Positions 27,306 to 36,283 of a DNA stretch of 64,000 bases are shown in pieces (positions within the stretch are counted from its first letter, which is position 1; every line of letters begins with the position of its first letter). Below the pieces are notes generated by a model. It was not told the origin of the DNA and ran no database searches. It saw only the letters and a list, made by a program, of their open reading frames with translations. The position numbers were made by a program, and so were the translations under genes. The stretch spans positions 497,596 to 561,595 of the forward strand of contig JAXLQW010000001.1 in the NCBI GenBank assembly GCA_046331385.1, given 5' to 3'. Source of the stretch: Thermoanaerobaculia bacterium (GTDB lineage Bacteria > Acidobacteriota > Thermoanaerobaculia > Multivoradales > JAGPDF01).

Positions 27306-27565
27306 GCGTTCCCTCCTTGCGGATGTCGGGACCCGGATCGGGTCGAGAGGACGTTAGGCGCAAAGCGTTCGCGTGCTCATGACGATGGTCATACGGACAG
27401 CGCAGGCGTGACGCGCGCCCGAGAAACGGGCCGGCGACGGGGCTCGGCGGCCTTCCGCCGGTCGGCGTCGACCTCACGATTCCATCTTGATTCTTAGCTT
27501 TCGTCGTGCTCTAGTAATAACAAACAGGGCACGCATTACACTAAATCTTCAAGGGAGAAACATAA

Positions 27566-29002
27566 ATGGCGACGGAGCTCAGAGACTTTCTGGAGATCCC
27601 CTACGACCAGCTCGAGGCGATGAACCTCGCGGCGAAGGAGGAACGGTCGGCGCGCAGGGATCCGGGAAAGGTCCAAGAAGCGCGCATCAAGTACCTGACC
27701 GACGAGAAGCGCATCAAGGCGGTGACCGTCTGCTTCACCGACCTCGAGGGGCGCTTCCACATGCTCGACTACGACAAGAAGTTCCTCCTCAAGTCGACCG
27801 ACAACCTGACCTTCGACGGCTCCTCGATCCGCGGCTTCTCGCAGCAGGCCGAGTCGGACCTGCGCCTGGCGATCGACTGGCCGGCCTTCTACTGGCTGCC
27901 GGCCGACATCTTCGGCCCCGGCAAGGTCCTGGTTTTCGGCGAAGTGCGCGAGCGCGACGGCTCGCCCTATCGCGCCGACATGCGGGCGCGGCTCAAGGCC
28001 TATGCCGACAAGCTCTGGGCCAAAGACCAGACGGTCGCCTACGCGGCCAACGAGATCGAGGGTTTCCTCTTCCGCGGCCGCGACGCCGAGCGGCGCTACC
28101 ACGAGGCGGAGAAGTTCGAGTTCATCTCGACCGGCGGCTACTACCACTCGCTGCCCGGCGACGCGCTGCGCCTGTTCATCGACACCGCGGCCGAGGTGCA
28201 GCGCGCCATGGGATTCGCCAACGAGAAGGACCACCCCGAGGTGGCGCCGTCGCAGTTCGAGATGAACTACGGCTACACCGAGGCGACGATCGCCGCCGAT
28301 CAGGTGCAGCTCTACAAGCTCCTGTCGCGCCAGGTGGCCGCGCGCCTCGACATGACCGCCTGCTTCCTGCCCAAGCCGGTCACCGGGGTCAACGGCAACG
28401 GCATGCACACCAACTTGTCGCTCGCCAAGCGGGGCAAGAACCTCTTCTACGACAAGAAGGGCCAGGACGGTCTGTCGGCGGCCGGCTGGGACTTCATCCA
28501 TCGCATCCTCGCCAGCGCCAACGACATCTGCCTGATCCTGAACTCGAGCGTCAACTCCTATCGTCGCCTCGACCCGCACTTCGAGGCGCCGAACCAGATC
28601 AAGGCCTCGGCGATCGATCGCGGTTCGATGGTGCGCATCCCGCTAGGCAACGAAAAGTCGGCGCGGGTCGAGGTGCGCTCGATCGCCCCGGACGCCAATC
28701 CGTACCTCGCCATCTACTCGCTGCTGCGCACCGGCCTCGACGGACCGCTCGAGAACGAGGAGAGTGACGGCAAGCGCTCGCGCACCCGGTTCCTCCCCGA
28801 CAACATCTACGACGGCATCCGCCTGTTCAAGGCGAGCAAGTTCGCCCAGGAGATCCTGGGCGAGGAGGTGCACGCCAAGCTCGCCGACCTGAAGCTCGCC
28901 TCGGCGGAACGCTGTCCCAAGGCCCTCGGCGCGCTGGTGAAGGCGGCCGAGATCCAGTTCCACCACGAAGTCACCAACCAGTACCTCTGGTCGCAGTTCT
29001 GA
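27566..29002 (+). CDS. glnA: Glutamine synthetase
   Basis: 478 aa. Catalytic-domain motifs are present: KPVTGVNGNGMHTNLS, NSYRRL, RIP. RBS aagggag 6 nt upstream. Confidence 0.9.
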   Translation: MATELRDFLEIPYDQLEAMNLAAKEERSARRDPGKVQEARIKYLTDEKRIKAVTVCFTDLEGRFHMLDYDKKFLLKSTDNLTFDGSSIRGFSQQAESDLRLAIDWPAFYWLPADIFGPGKVLVFGEVRERDGSPYRADMRARLKAYADKLWAKDQTVAYAANEIEGFLFRGRDAERRYHEAEKFEFISTGGYYHSLPGDALRLFIDTAAEVQRAMGFANEKDHPEVAPSQFEMNYGYTEATIAADQVQLYKLLSRQVAARLDMTACFLPKPVTGVNGNGMHTNLSLAKRGKNLFYDKKGQDGLSAAGWDFIHRILASANDICLILNSSVNSYRRLDPHFEAPNQIKASAIDRGSMVRIPLGNEKSARVEVRSIAPDANPYLAIYSLLRTGLDGPLENEESDGKRSRTRFLPDNIYDGIRLFKASKFAQEILGEEVHAKLADLKLASAERCPKALGALVKAAEIQFHHEVTNQYLWSQF

Positions 29003-29089
29003 CCCGCACGCGGATCGGCGGGAACGCGAGGGGATGGGTCGCCACCGACCCATCCCCTTTTCCATCCTGAACTAGCCGCCCGCCCAGCT

Positions 29090-29470
29090 CGGCGAAGCTG
29101 TCGCTGCCGGAGTCGTTTTCCTCGACCGAGCTTTTCTTCGCAGGATGGCGATGGGTCGAACTCCGAAGGCAAAGGCTCTCGCCTGGGAGTGTGGGCCTTT
29201 TCACCGCCCTCGTGAACCGGCGCCGGGCTCGACTGGGCGAGGCTGTCGAAGCGGCGTCTTTCTTCCTTAACCGGGCTTTTCTTCGCAAGATGGCGTGGGA
29301 TCGAACTGCGTGGGCAAAGGCTCTCGCCTAGGAGCATGGGCCTCTTGACCGCCCTCGTGAACACGCGGCGGGCGCGGCTGGGCGAGGCTGTCGAAGCGGC
29401 GTCCTTCGTCCTTAACCGAGCGTTTCTTCGCAGGATGTTGGCGAGTCGAGCGCGTTGGCCTTCGCCTCGA
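29090..29470. repeat. Three tandem copies of the ~140-bp intergenic repeat family, between convergent glnA and the DinB-like gene
   Basis: Unit: ...ctgggcgaggctgtcgaagcggcgtctttcttccttaaccgggcttttcttcgcaagatggcg...gggcaaaggctctcgcctaggagcatgggcc..cgccctcgtgaac.. Homologous to 448-600 and 7100-7400. Confidence 0.65.
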
Positions 29471-29507
29471 GCTGGGTGGCGCGCGGCGCGCGTGGGGTCA
29501 CCAGCCC

Positions 29508-30025
29508 ATGCGCTCGCGCAGGGCGGTGACGTGGGCGGTGTGGTGCCGGCCGTGCCAGGCGTACATCCCCACGCTCCAGTCGAGTCGGATCTCTTTCCCC
29601 ATCTCCGGGTGGACGAAGACGCGCGCGAAAGCGGCGGGATCGAGCGCGCGCAGGAACGCGAGCCAGCGCACGTGCACCAGCTCGAGCAGCCGGAGCGAGA
29701 CGTCGACCTCCACCTGCGCCACGTCGCCGAGCTTCGACCAGAGGTTCTCGTCGTAGGGCAGGATCGTCGGCTTGTCCTCGGTGACCGTCAGCTTGTGGCG
29801 GACATAGGCGTTCATGTGGCTGTCGGGCAGGTGGTGCGCCACCTGGCGCAGCGTCCACCCACCGTCGCGATAAGGAGTCTCGAGCTGGGCGGGCGTGAGG
29901 CCGGCGAAGGCCGCCGCGAACCGGCGCGGCGCCAAGGCGAGCTCGTCGAGGTAGGTGGCGAGGAGATCGGTCGAGATCTCCGCCGGCGGTGCGTACTTTC
30001 CGATCGGATAGCGCGGGTCGTCCAT
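29508..30025 (-). CDS. DinB/YfiT-like (DinB_2 superfamily) putative metal-dependent hydrolase or thiol transferase
   Basis: 175 aa. The His triad context (HHLPDSHMNAY ... WHGRHHTAHV) is typical of the DinB_2/YfiT four-helix-bundle family. Confidence 0.65.
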
Positions 30026-30034
30026 GCGCGCCTA

Positions 30035-31123
30035 CTATCTCAGGATCTCGAGCTTCTTCCACCCCGCGCCCTCGGTGAATTCCCTCATCGAGAAGACCCA
30101 GACCACGACCCGCTTCGAGGCCAGGCCGTCCCCACGGCGCAGCAGGTTGATGCGTGCCGGGGTCGAGCCGCCGTTACGCACCGCTTCGTAGTCGACCGGA
30201 AAGCCGAGCTCCTTGGCGAGGTGGTCGGGCAGTCCCGCTCCCTTGGCTTGCAGGTCGCCGCCGGTGTGGAACGACAAGACGTAGCTGTCGCCGAGCAGGA
30301 GCACCGGGCTCTTGCGCCAGGTCTTGAGGAGACCTCCGCCGGGCTGCTCGACGACTTCGATGTCGGCCTCCTCGCGTTGCGGCCGGGGCTCGGGCAGGTC
30401 GGTCCACAGATCGCCGGTGAGGACGCGGCGCTCGACACTGACGAGATACGGGGTCGCGGGGCTGGGGGGGCGCCACTCGCGCTCGCCGATCGCCGTCGCG
30501 ATCGCGTGCGCCGCGATCGCGATCCCGCGGCCGACCCAGTGCGCGTCTTGGCGGCAGAAGAGCGGCGAGCCGTCGTCGCGCGCTGCCAGGAACGGCTCGG
30601 TCAGGTCGAGCACCTTCACTCCGCGCTCGCCGAGCAGGCGGTAGAAGCGCTGGTGGTAAGGGTCGAGCCGCGTGCCGGCAGCCAGGCGCGGAATCTCCTC
30701 GGGGAGCTTGTCGGCGTAGATCGCGGCCCGCGCCGGCACCGGAACCACGAGGAGATCGATGCCGTGGCGCGCAAGCTGCGCCTGGAAGTCGAGGATGGCC
30801 GGGAGCGGGTCGGCGTCGGCGGGGTTCTCGGCGCGACTGGCGCGCGCCGCCGCCTCGCCCCAGAACTCCCCTGCCGCGAGGGCGCGCAACTCCGGGGCGT
30901 AGAAGAGCCAGCCGTCGCGCCCGGTGACGACCGGTTGGCCGGTCGCCTCGGCCCGCGCCGCGAGCGCGGCGAGCTGGCCGAGCGGCAGCTGGTCGGGCGG
31001 TGGCGTGGCCACGGTCGTGCGATGGCAGGCGGTCGCCGCGAGCGCTGCGACGGTCGCGAGCGTCGCGAACGCGGCGATCGCGGCGAATCGAGCCGCGCGC
31101 GCGCGGTGGATCCTCGTCGTCAT
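30035..31123 (-). CDS. AlgJ/AlgX-like SGNH-fold protein (polysaccharide O-acetylation accessory)
   Basis: Start trimmed to the ATG at 31121-31123 (MTTRIHRARAARFAAIAAFATLATVAALAATA, a signal or TM segment). It overlaps the upstream stop as ATGA. AlgJ/AlgX signature DAHW (CRQDAHWVGRGIAIA) and LLLGDSYVLSFH are present. Confidence 0.65.
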   Translation of the reverse strand: MTTRIHRARAARFAAIAAFATLATVAALAATACHRTTVATPPPDQLPLGQLAALAARAEATGQPVVTGRDGWLFYAPELRALAAGEFWGEAAARASRAENPADADPLPAILDFQAQLARHGIDLLVVPVPARAAIYADKLPEEIPRLAAGTRLDPYHQRFYRLLGERGVKVLDLTEPFLAARDDGSPLFCRQDAHWVGRGIAIAAHAIATAIGEREWRPPSPATPYLVSVERRVLTGDLWTDLPEPRPQREEADIEVVEQPGGGLLKTWRKSPVLLLGDSYVLSFHTGGDLQAKGAGLPDHLAKELGFPVDYEAVRNGGSTPARINLLRRGDGLASKRVVVWVFSMREFTEGAGWKKLEILR

Positions 31124-32766
31124 CGCGTCTCGTCCTGCGGTTCTCCCCAGTAGACGGGGAGCGAGCGCCACTCGGCGCCCTCGAGCTCGAGGCGTTGCGT
31201 CGCGCCGAGGTCGCCCTCGACTTCGCCCCACGGGCGCAGTCTCCAGAGCTGCGTCGCTCCGGCCCGGGTCGCGGCGGCCGGGGCGAGGCGTCGATCGCGG
31301 TAGGCCCAGCCGTAGAGCAGGGCCCTGCCGCCTCCGGCGGCCGGCGGCAGCTCGACCTCGAGCGCCAAGAGGGCGTCGGCGTAGGGCGAGCGTGCGGGAT
31401 CGGGAATCGCGGCGACGCGCACGACGCGGACCGTGACCGGGCGGGGACCGGTGGCCACCGCCGATCGCGGCGCCGCCGCCACCGCCGGCAGCTCGACCGG
31501 CGGCCAGTCGCCGATCGCGAGCAGGCGCTCGGCGAGCTCGTAGATCACCACCCGTGCGCTCGCCAGGCGGGAAGCGGCGAGCGAAGGGACCAATTGGAGG
31601 CCGACGGCGCCTTCCTGCGCGTGGCTCGCGACCGGGAGCCCGAGATGGTAACTGAGCTGATCGGCGAAGCCGGCCCCGCCCTCGACCCCGGGCGTGCGCG
31701 CGAAAACGGTCGAGAAGCTGTCGCCCAGAAGGAGCACCGGCGCCTCCGGCGTCCGATCGGCCGCGAAGGGCGCCCCGGAAGGGTCGCGCACCGCCGCGAG
31801 CTCGATCGTCTCGGGGAGCAGGCCGGATCCGGAGAGGCCGAGCAGACGGGCGAGATCGCCCGCGCGCTGCGCCGCCGCGGCGCGGCGGCTGAACGTCCCA
31901 AGCGGCTCGTCGGCGAGCCCGAAGCGCGGGCGGAGAAATCGCGCCAGATCCCGCGCCACGCGGTCCATGCCGGCCGGCGACCAGTGGGTGTCGGCGCGCA
32001 GGAAGGGGTCGGTTCCCGCGATCGCCAGCTCGACCAGGCCCGGCGTCGGATCGAACACCGCGATGCCCTCGCTCTCGAGCCGGCGCCGGAAGCGCTCGAT
32101 CGACGGGTTGCGCAGCCGACCGCGGCGGTCGGCGAGCCGCGGACGCAGATGGTCGGCCTCGATCGACACCTTGGGCGGGATGGGAACCACGACCAGCGCG
32201 ATCCCGCGCCGCGCGAGCTGAGCGGCGAAGTCGGCCAGCGCGGGCAGAGGATCGGGAGCCCCTCCCGGATGGGGACCACGGCCAGCGCGCCGCGCGGCGA
32301 GGTAGCGCGGCTCGAGGAAGCCCGGTCCGACCACGGCCTCGAGCTCGTCCTGGTAGAAGAGCCAGCCGTCGCGCCCGACCAGGACCTGCGTGTTGCCGTA
32401 GCGCAGGGCGCGTGTGAGCCAGGCCTGCGCCGCCGGGCGCAGAGCGTCGGCGAGCGCCGACTCCTGCCCGATCCGCGTCTCGAGCGCCGCGAGCGCGCTC
32501 GCCACGCGCCGGTTCGCCGCGCTGGCACCGCGCTCGCGCACGAGCTCTCGAAGCTCGGAGAATCCGGGCATTCCGGCCGCGCCCTCCCCGAGAAGGCGGC
32601 TGGCGCCCCCGCGCGCGACCCGGGCGACCTCCGCCGTCGCGCCCGCCAGGCAGGCGAGCAGGAAGAGCCCGACGAGGGCGAAGCGCGCGCCGGCGCCGAT
32701 GCGGGTGGCGTCCATCTCGGCCATGGCTTCGGCCTCACGGGCCCCGGGGTGGATGGCGCGGCTCAT
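31120..32766 (-). CDS. AlgJ/AlgX-like SGNH-fold protein with an N-terminal membrane anchor; paralog of the downstream gene
   Basis: DTHW signature (FLRADTHWSPAGMDRVARDL) and LLLGDSFSTVFAR are present. Start chosen at the ATG at 32764-32766, 30 nt after the algI stop. Alternative ATGs at 32724 and 32715 are in frame, so the start is uncertain. Confidence 0.6.
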   Translation of the reverse strand: MSRAIHPGAREAEAMAEMDATRIGAGARFALVGLFLLACLAGATAEVARVARGGASRLLGEGAAGMPGFSELRELVRERGASAANRRVASALAALETRIGQESALADALRPAAQAWLTRALRYGNTQVLVGRDGWLFYQDELEAVVGPGFLEPRYLAARRAGRGPHPGGAPDPLPALADFAAQLARRGIALVVVPIPPKVSIEADHLRPRLADRRGRLRNPSIERFRRRLESEGIAVFDPTPGLVELAIAGTDPFLRADTHWSPAGMDRVARDLARFLRPRFGLADEPLGTFSRRAAAAQRAGDLARLLGLSGSGLLPETIELAAVRDPSGAPFAADRTPEAPVLLLGDSFSTVFARTPGVEGGAGFADQLSYHLGLPVASHAQEGAVGLQLVPSLAASRLASARVVIYELAERLLAIGDWPPVELPAVAAAPRSAVATGPRPVTVRVVRVAAIPDPARSPYADALLALEVELPPAAGGGRALLYGWAYRDRRLAPAAATRAGATQLWRLRPWGEVEGDLGATQRLELEGAEWRSLPVYWGEPQDETR

Positions 32767-32795
32767 CGCGCGCCTTGGGGGGAGCTCGACCACGG

Positions 32796-34250
32796 TCAGA
32801 AGATGAAGTAGATGAAGGGATTGAAGTCCTGCGTCGAGAGCGCGACCAGAGCCAGAGCCAGCACCGCGAGGGCGGCCGTGGCGCGCAGCGCCCCGATCTG
32901 GCGCGTCCAGGTCCAGCTCTGCGGCGCGGCCCAGACGACGAGGGCGGCGAGCCCGAAGCTCACGGCGAGGTAGGGGCCATACAGGAATCCCGGCAGGAGC
33001 GCCGCGCCGGGCGCGGTCGCGCCGGCGCCGAAGAGCGCGCCGAGCATGGAGAGCGCGCCGGCGAAATCGGCGGCACGGAAGAAGACCCAGCCGAGGAGCA
33101 CCAGGGCGAAGACCACGCCGATCCGCAGCGGGCGCGGCATCCAGCCGTAGAGGCGCTCCACGCCGATCGCGCGCTCGGTCGCCAGCAGGCCGCCGTGCAG
33201 CCCGCCCCAGACGACGAAGTTCCACGACGCGCCGTGCCACAGGCCGCCGAGCAGCATGGTGGCCATCAGGTTCAAGTAGGTGCGCGCCGCGCCCTTGCGA
33301 TTGCCGCCGAGCGGGATGTAGAGGTAGTCGCGCAGCCAGGTCGAGAGCGAGATGTGCCAGCGCTGCCAGAACTCGGTGATCGAGCCCGCGCGATACGGCG
33401 AGTCGAAGTTCTTCGGGAAGACGAAGCCGAGCATCAGGGCGAGGCCGATCGCCATGTCGGAATAGCCCGAGAAGTCGAAGTAGATCTGGAAGCCGTAGGC
33501 GCCGAGACCGTACCAGGCGTCGACCGTACGCACGCCCGCGGCGGCGAAGACCGTGTCCGCGATCCGCCCGCAGGGATTCGCCAGCAGCACCTTCTTCGCC
33601 ATGCCGAGGGCGAAGAAGGCGACGCCGCGCGCGAAACGGGCGAGAGACGGCGTCCGCGTCCGCAGCTGGTCCTCGAGCTCGGAGAAGCGGACGATCGGCC
33701 CGGCGACGAGCTGCGGGAACATCGACACGAAGCAGGCGAAGTCGACGAAGTTGCGCAACGCTCGGGCATGACCGCGGTAGACGTCGATGGCGTAACTCAT
33801 CGAATGGAAGGAATAAAAGCTCAGGCCCGCCGGCAGAGCGATGCGCAGCGTCTGTTCGATCGCCGCCTGCGGCAGCCCGAGCGCCGCGACGACGCCGTTG
33901 AAGCTGCCGACCGCGAAGTTGAAGTACTTGAAGAAGCCGAGGATCGCGAGGTTCGACGACAGCGAGACCACGAGCGCCAAGCGCTGGCGGGCGTCGCGTG
34001 CTCCTCCCGGCGGGAGCAGCGGCACCGCGGAGCGCGCCCAGGGCGTTGTTCCCGCGAGAACCAGGCCGGCGACGTAGTCGATCGCCGTCGCGCCGAGCAG
34101 CAGCAGGGTGAAGGCGGGATTGGTCCAGCCGTAGAAGAGGTAGGACAGGGCCGTCAGGACGAGGTTGCGCGCCCGCCGTGGCGCCGCGAAATAGGTCGCC
34201 AGCGCGAACGGCAGGAAGTAATAGAGGAAGACGTTGGAGCTAAAGACCAC
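32796..34250 (-). CDS. algI: MBOAT family membrane O-acyltransferase (AlgI-like)
   Basis: 484 aa, multi-TM. N-terminus [21 protein letters not shown] and the conserved His-containing segment ([24 protein letters not shown]) are typical of AlgI/DltB MBOAT proteins. Confidence 0.85.
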   Translation of the reverse strand: [484 protein letters not shown]

Positions 34251-34360
34251 GGCGGCGCGCGAGCGTAGCAGAGTGTCGCCGGAGCGCCCCGTCGGTGCCC
34301 GAGGCCAGCCGCGAAGAGTAGGTCACGCAGGCCGTCGAGTCGCGGTGCGCGCGGATCCGG

Positions 34361-35542
34361 TCAACCGGTCTTCCGCGCCACCGCCTCGCCCAGGCGCTCG
34401 AAATCGGCGAGCTCGTTGTAGACCTGGGCCGAGATGCGGATCCAGGTCCGCCCCTGGAAAGTCTTCACCAGGACCTCGATTCCGTCCTCGTGCAGCAGCC
34501 GGTCGCGCAATCGTTCGGCGGCTTCCTGTCCCGCCTCGACCGAGGCCGGCAGCGGCACCGCCGCCATGCCGGCGATCATCGACTCGGGGGCCTCGAAACG
34601 CGTCCCCCAACGCTCGGCCAGCAGGTGGGCGGCCTGCCAGGCGAGGCGGTGGTTCCAATTTCGCACTTCGGCGACGCCCCATTCGCGGAGCATGGCGATC
34701 CCCTCGGGCGCCGCCAGATGCGGCGTGGGGTCTCGCGTTCCGGGCAGGTCGAACTCCATCGCCAGGCCCCGGTCGAGCCCCCAGGAGACCACCGCGGGAT
34801 GGAGGTCCGCCTGGCGCTCGGGCGCCGCCCAGAGGATGCCGCTCGAGATCGGCGCCCAGGCCCACTTGTGGAGGTTGCCGACGTACCAGTCGGCGCCGAT
34901 CTCCGGCAGGCGCAGGTCGAGCGAGGCCGGGGCGTGCGCGCCGTCGACCAGGACCGCGACCCCGCGCCGGCGGCAGAGGGCGACGATCTCGGCGATCGGC
35001 AGGACGAGCGCCGTGCCGGAGGTCAGGTGATCGACGACCAGGATCCGGGTCGCGGCGCCGATCTCGGTCTCGAGGCGCTCGAGGATCCGCTCCGGTCCCC
35101 GCCAAGGTTCGGGGACGGCGACCTCGCGGAAGCTCGCGCCGCGATCGCGCGCCGCGTGCCGGGCGGCGTTCGAGACCCCACCGTAGCCGAGCTCGGTGAC
35201 CAGCACTTCGTCTCCGGGGCCGAGCGGGAACGAGCGCAGGACGGCGTTGGCGCCGGTGGTCGAGTTGTCGACGAATGCGAGGTCGTCGGCGCGCGCGCCG
35301 AGGAAAGTGGCGACGGCCGCCGCGGCGACCCGCATGCGCGGTGGATCGGGGCGCGGTCCGCCGACGCGGACGCCGGTCAGCTCGCGCAGCAGAAAGGTCG
35401 CCGGCTGGCGCTCCAACTCCTCGAGCAGGGCGCGCCGCGCCGCCTGGACGCGCCGCGGGGTCGCACCGACCGTGCCGTGGTTCAGGTAGAGGACGTCGGG
35501 ATCGAGGGCCCAGTCCGCACGGCGAGGATGTCCGAAGTTCAC
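34361..35542 (-). CDS. Class V aminotransferase-fold PLP-dependent enzyme (isopenicillin-N epimerase/cysteine desulfurase-like)
   Basis: 393 aa. PLP-fold features are present, including the Lys-containing segment VGNLHKWAWAP and the LNHGTVGATP N-terminus. Confidence 0.65.
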   Translation of the reverse strand: MNFGHPRRADWALDPDVLYLNHGTVGATPRRVQAARRALLEELERQPATFLLRELTGVRVGGPRPDPPRMRVAAAAVATFLGARADDLAFVDNSTTGANAVLRSFPLGPGDEVLVTELGYGGVSNAARHAARDRGASFREVAVPEPWRGPERILERLETEIGAATRILVVDHLTSGTALVLPIAEIVALCRRRGVAVLVDGAHAPASLDLRLPEIGADWYVGNLHKWAWAPISSGILWAAPERQADLHPAVVSWGLDRGLAMEFDLPGTRDPTPHLAAPEGIAMLREWGVAEVRNWNHRLAWQAAHLLAERWGTRFEAPESMIAGMAAVPLPASVEAGQEAAERLRDRLLHEDGIEVLVKTFQGRTWIRISAQVYNELADFERLGEAVARKTG

Positions 35543-35645
35543 CGGCGGATACTAAGACGTAGGTCGCGCAGTCGCGGAGCCCGGAAAGCAAAACGGCCTC
35601 CCGAGGATCCCCCGGAAGGCCGCCTCCTCGACGCCCGCTTCGATC

Positions 35646-36206
35646 TCAGGCGCGGCGGCGGCGGAGCAGCAGGACGGAAGCCGCGGCGAGAGCGAGCGCC
35701 AGCGCCGCCAGTCCGGCGAAGTTCAGCGTCGGCACCTCGAACGGGCTGTCGATGATGCGGACTTCGAGGGTGTAGGGACCGATCGCCGAGCCGAAGCCAT
35801 CGGCGCGCAGGACGTAGTCGCCGTCGAACGGGACCACGAAGCTGATGATCGAGCTGTCGAAGGCATTGCAGTCGACGCCGTTGGGATAGTCGTCGGAGCC
35901 GAATCCGTCGTCGTTGTAGACGTCGGCGTTGGCCGTGTCGCTCGAGTCGCTGCCCGGGAAGTAGGCGGAGAGGACCGGATCGAGCGGCCGGTTGCCGTTG
36001 CCGGGCACGGTCTCGTCGCACACCAAGGTCGCCTGCACCTTCTGGTAACCCTTGAGGCCATTCAGGTTGTAGAGATCGTACTGGGCGCCGCTGAGGATGT
36101 TGCCGGTGTAGGTGAGGACCTGATTCGCGGCGGCGGGAGAGGCGAGCCAGAGGCTCGCGATGCCGAGGAGCAGGACCAGGGTTCCGATCGTGACGCGCTT
36201 GGACAT
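35646..36206 (-). CDS. Secreted protein with a pre-peptidase-C-terminal-like domain and an IPTL-CTERM-type sorting signal
   Basis: Signal peptide MSKRVTIGTLVLLLGIASLWLASPAAA. C-terminus ...EVPTLNFAGLAALALALAAASVLLLRRRRA, i.e. [IV]PTL followed by a TM helix and an Arg cluster. The GDYVLRADGFGSAIGPYTLEV segment resembles the PPC domain. Confidence 0.7.
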   Translation of the reverse strand: MSKRVTIGTLVLLLGIASLWLASPAAANQVLTYTGNILSGAQYDLYNLNGLKGYQKVQATLVCDETVPGNGNRPLDPVLSAYFPGSDSSDTANADVYNDDGFGSDDYPNGVDCNAFDSSIISFVVPFDGDYVLRADGFGSAIGPYTLEVRIIDSPFEVPTLNFAGLAALALALAAASVLLLRRRRA

Positions 36207-36283
36207 GCCTTCCCTCCGAAAGGAATTGCTTATTTCACTGAAGCATATCGCGAAAAAGCCCGGATCTCAAGCTGTTCGATCGT

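Noticed and set aside
27058-27477. A 139-aa minus-strand ORF spanning the IS right end and the small membrane-protein gene.
   Set aside because: It is out of frame relative to the well-formed 51-aa hydrophobic ORF with an RBS at 27305. The translation is Arg/Pro-rich and runs through the IS inverted repeat.
27520-27545. A possible sigma54 (-24/-12) promoter upstream of glnA (gggcacgcattacac).
   Set aside because: GGCAC is present, but the spacing to any TTGC-like -12 element is wrong: 3-4 nt instead of about 5 nt between the conserved blocks.
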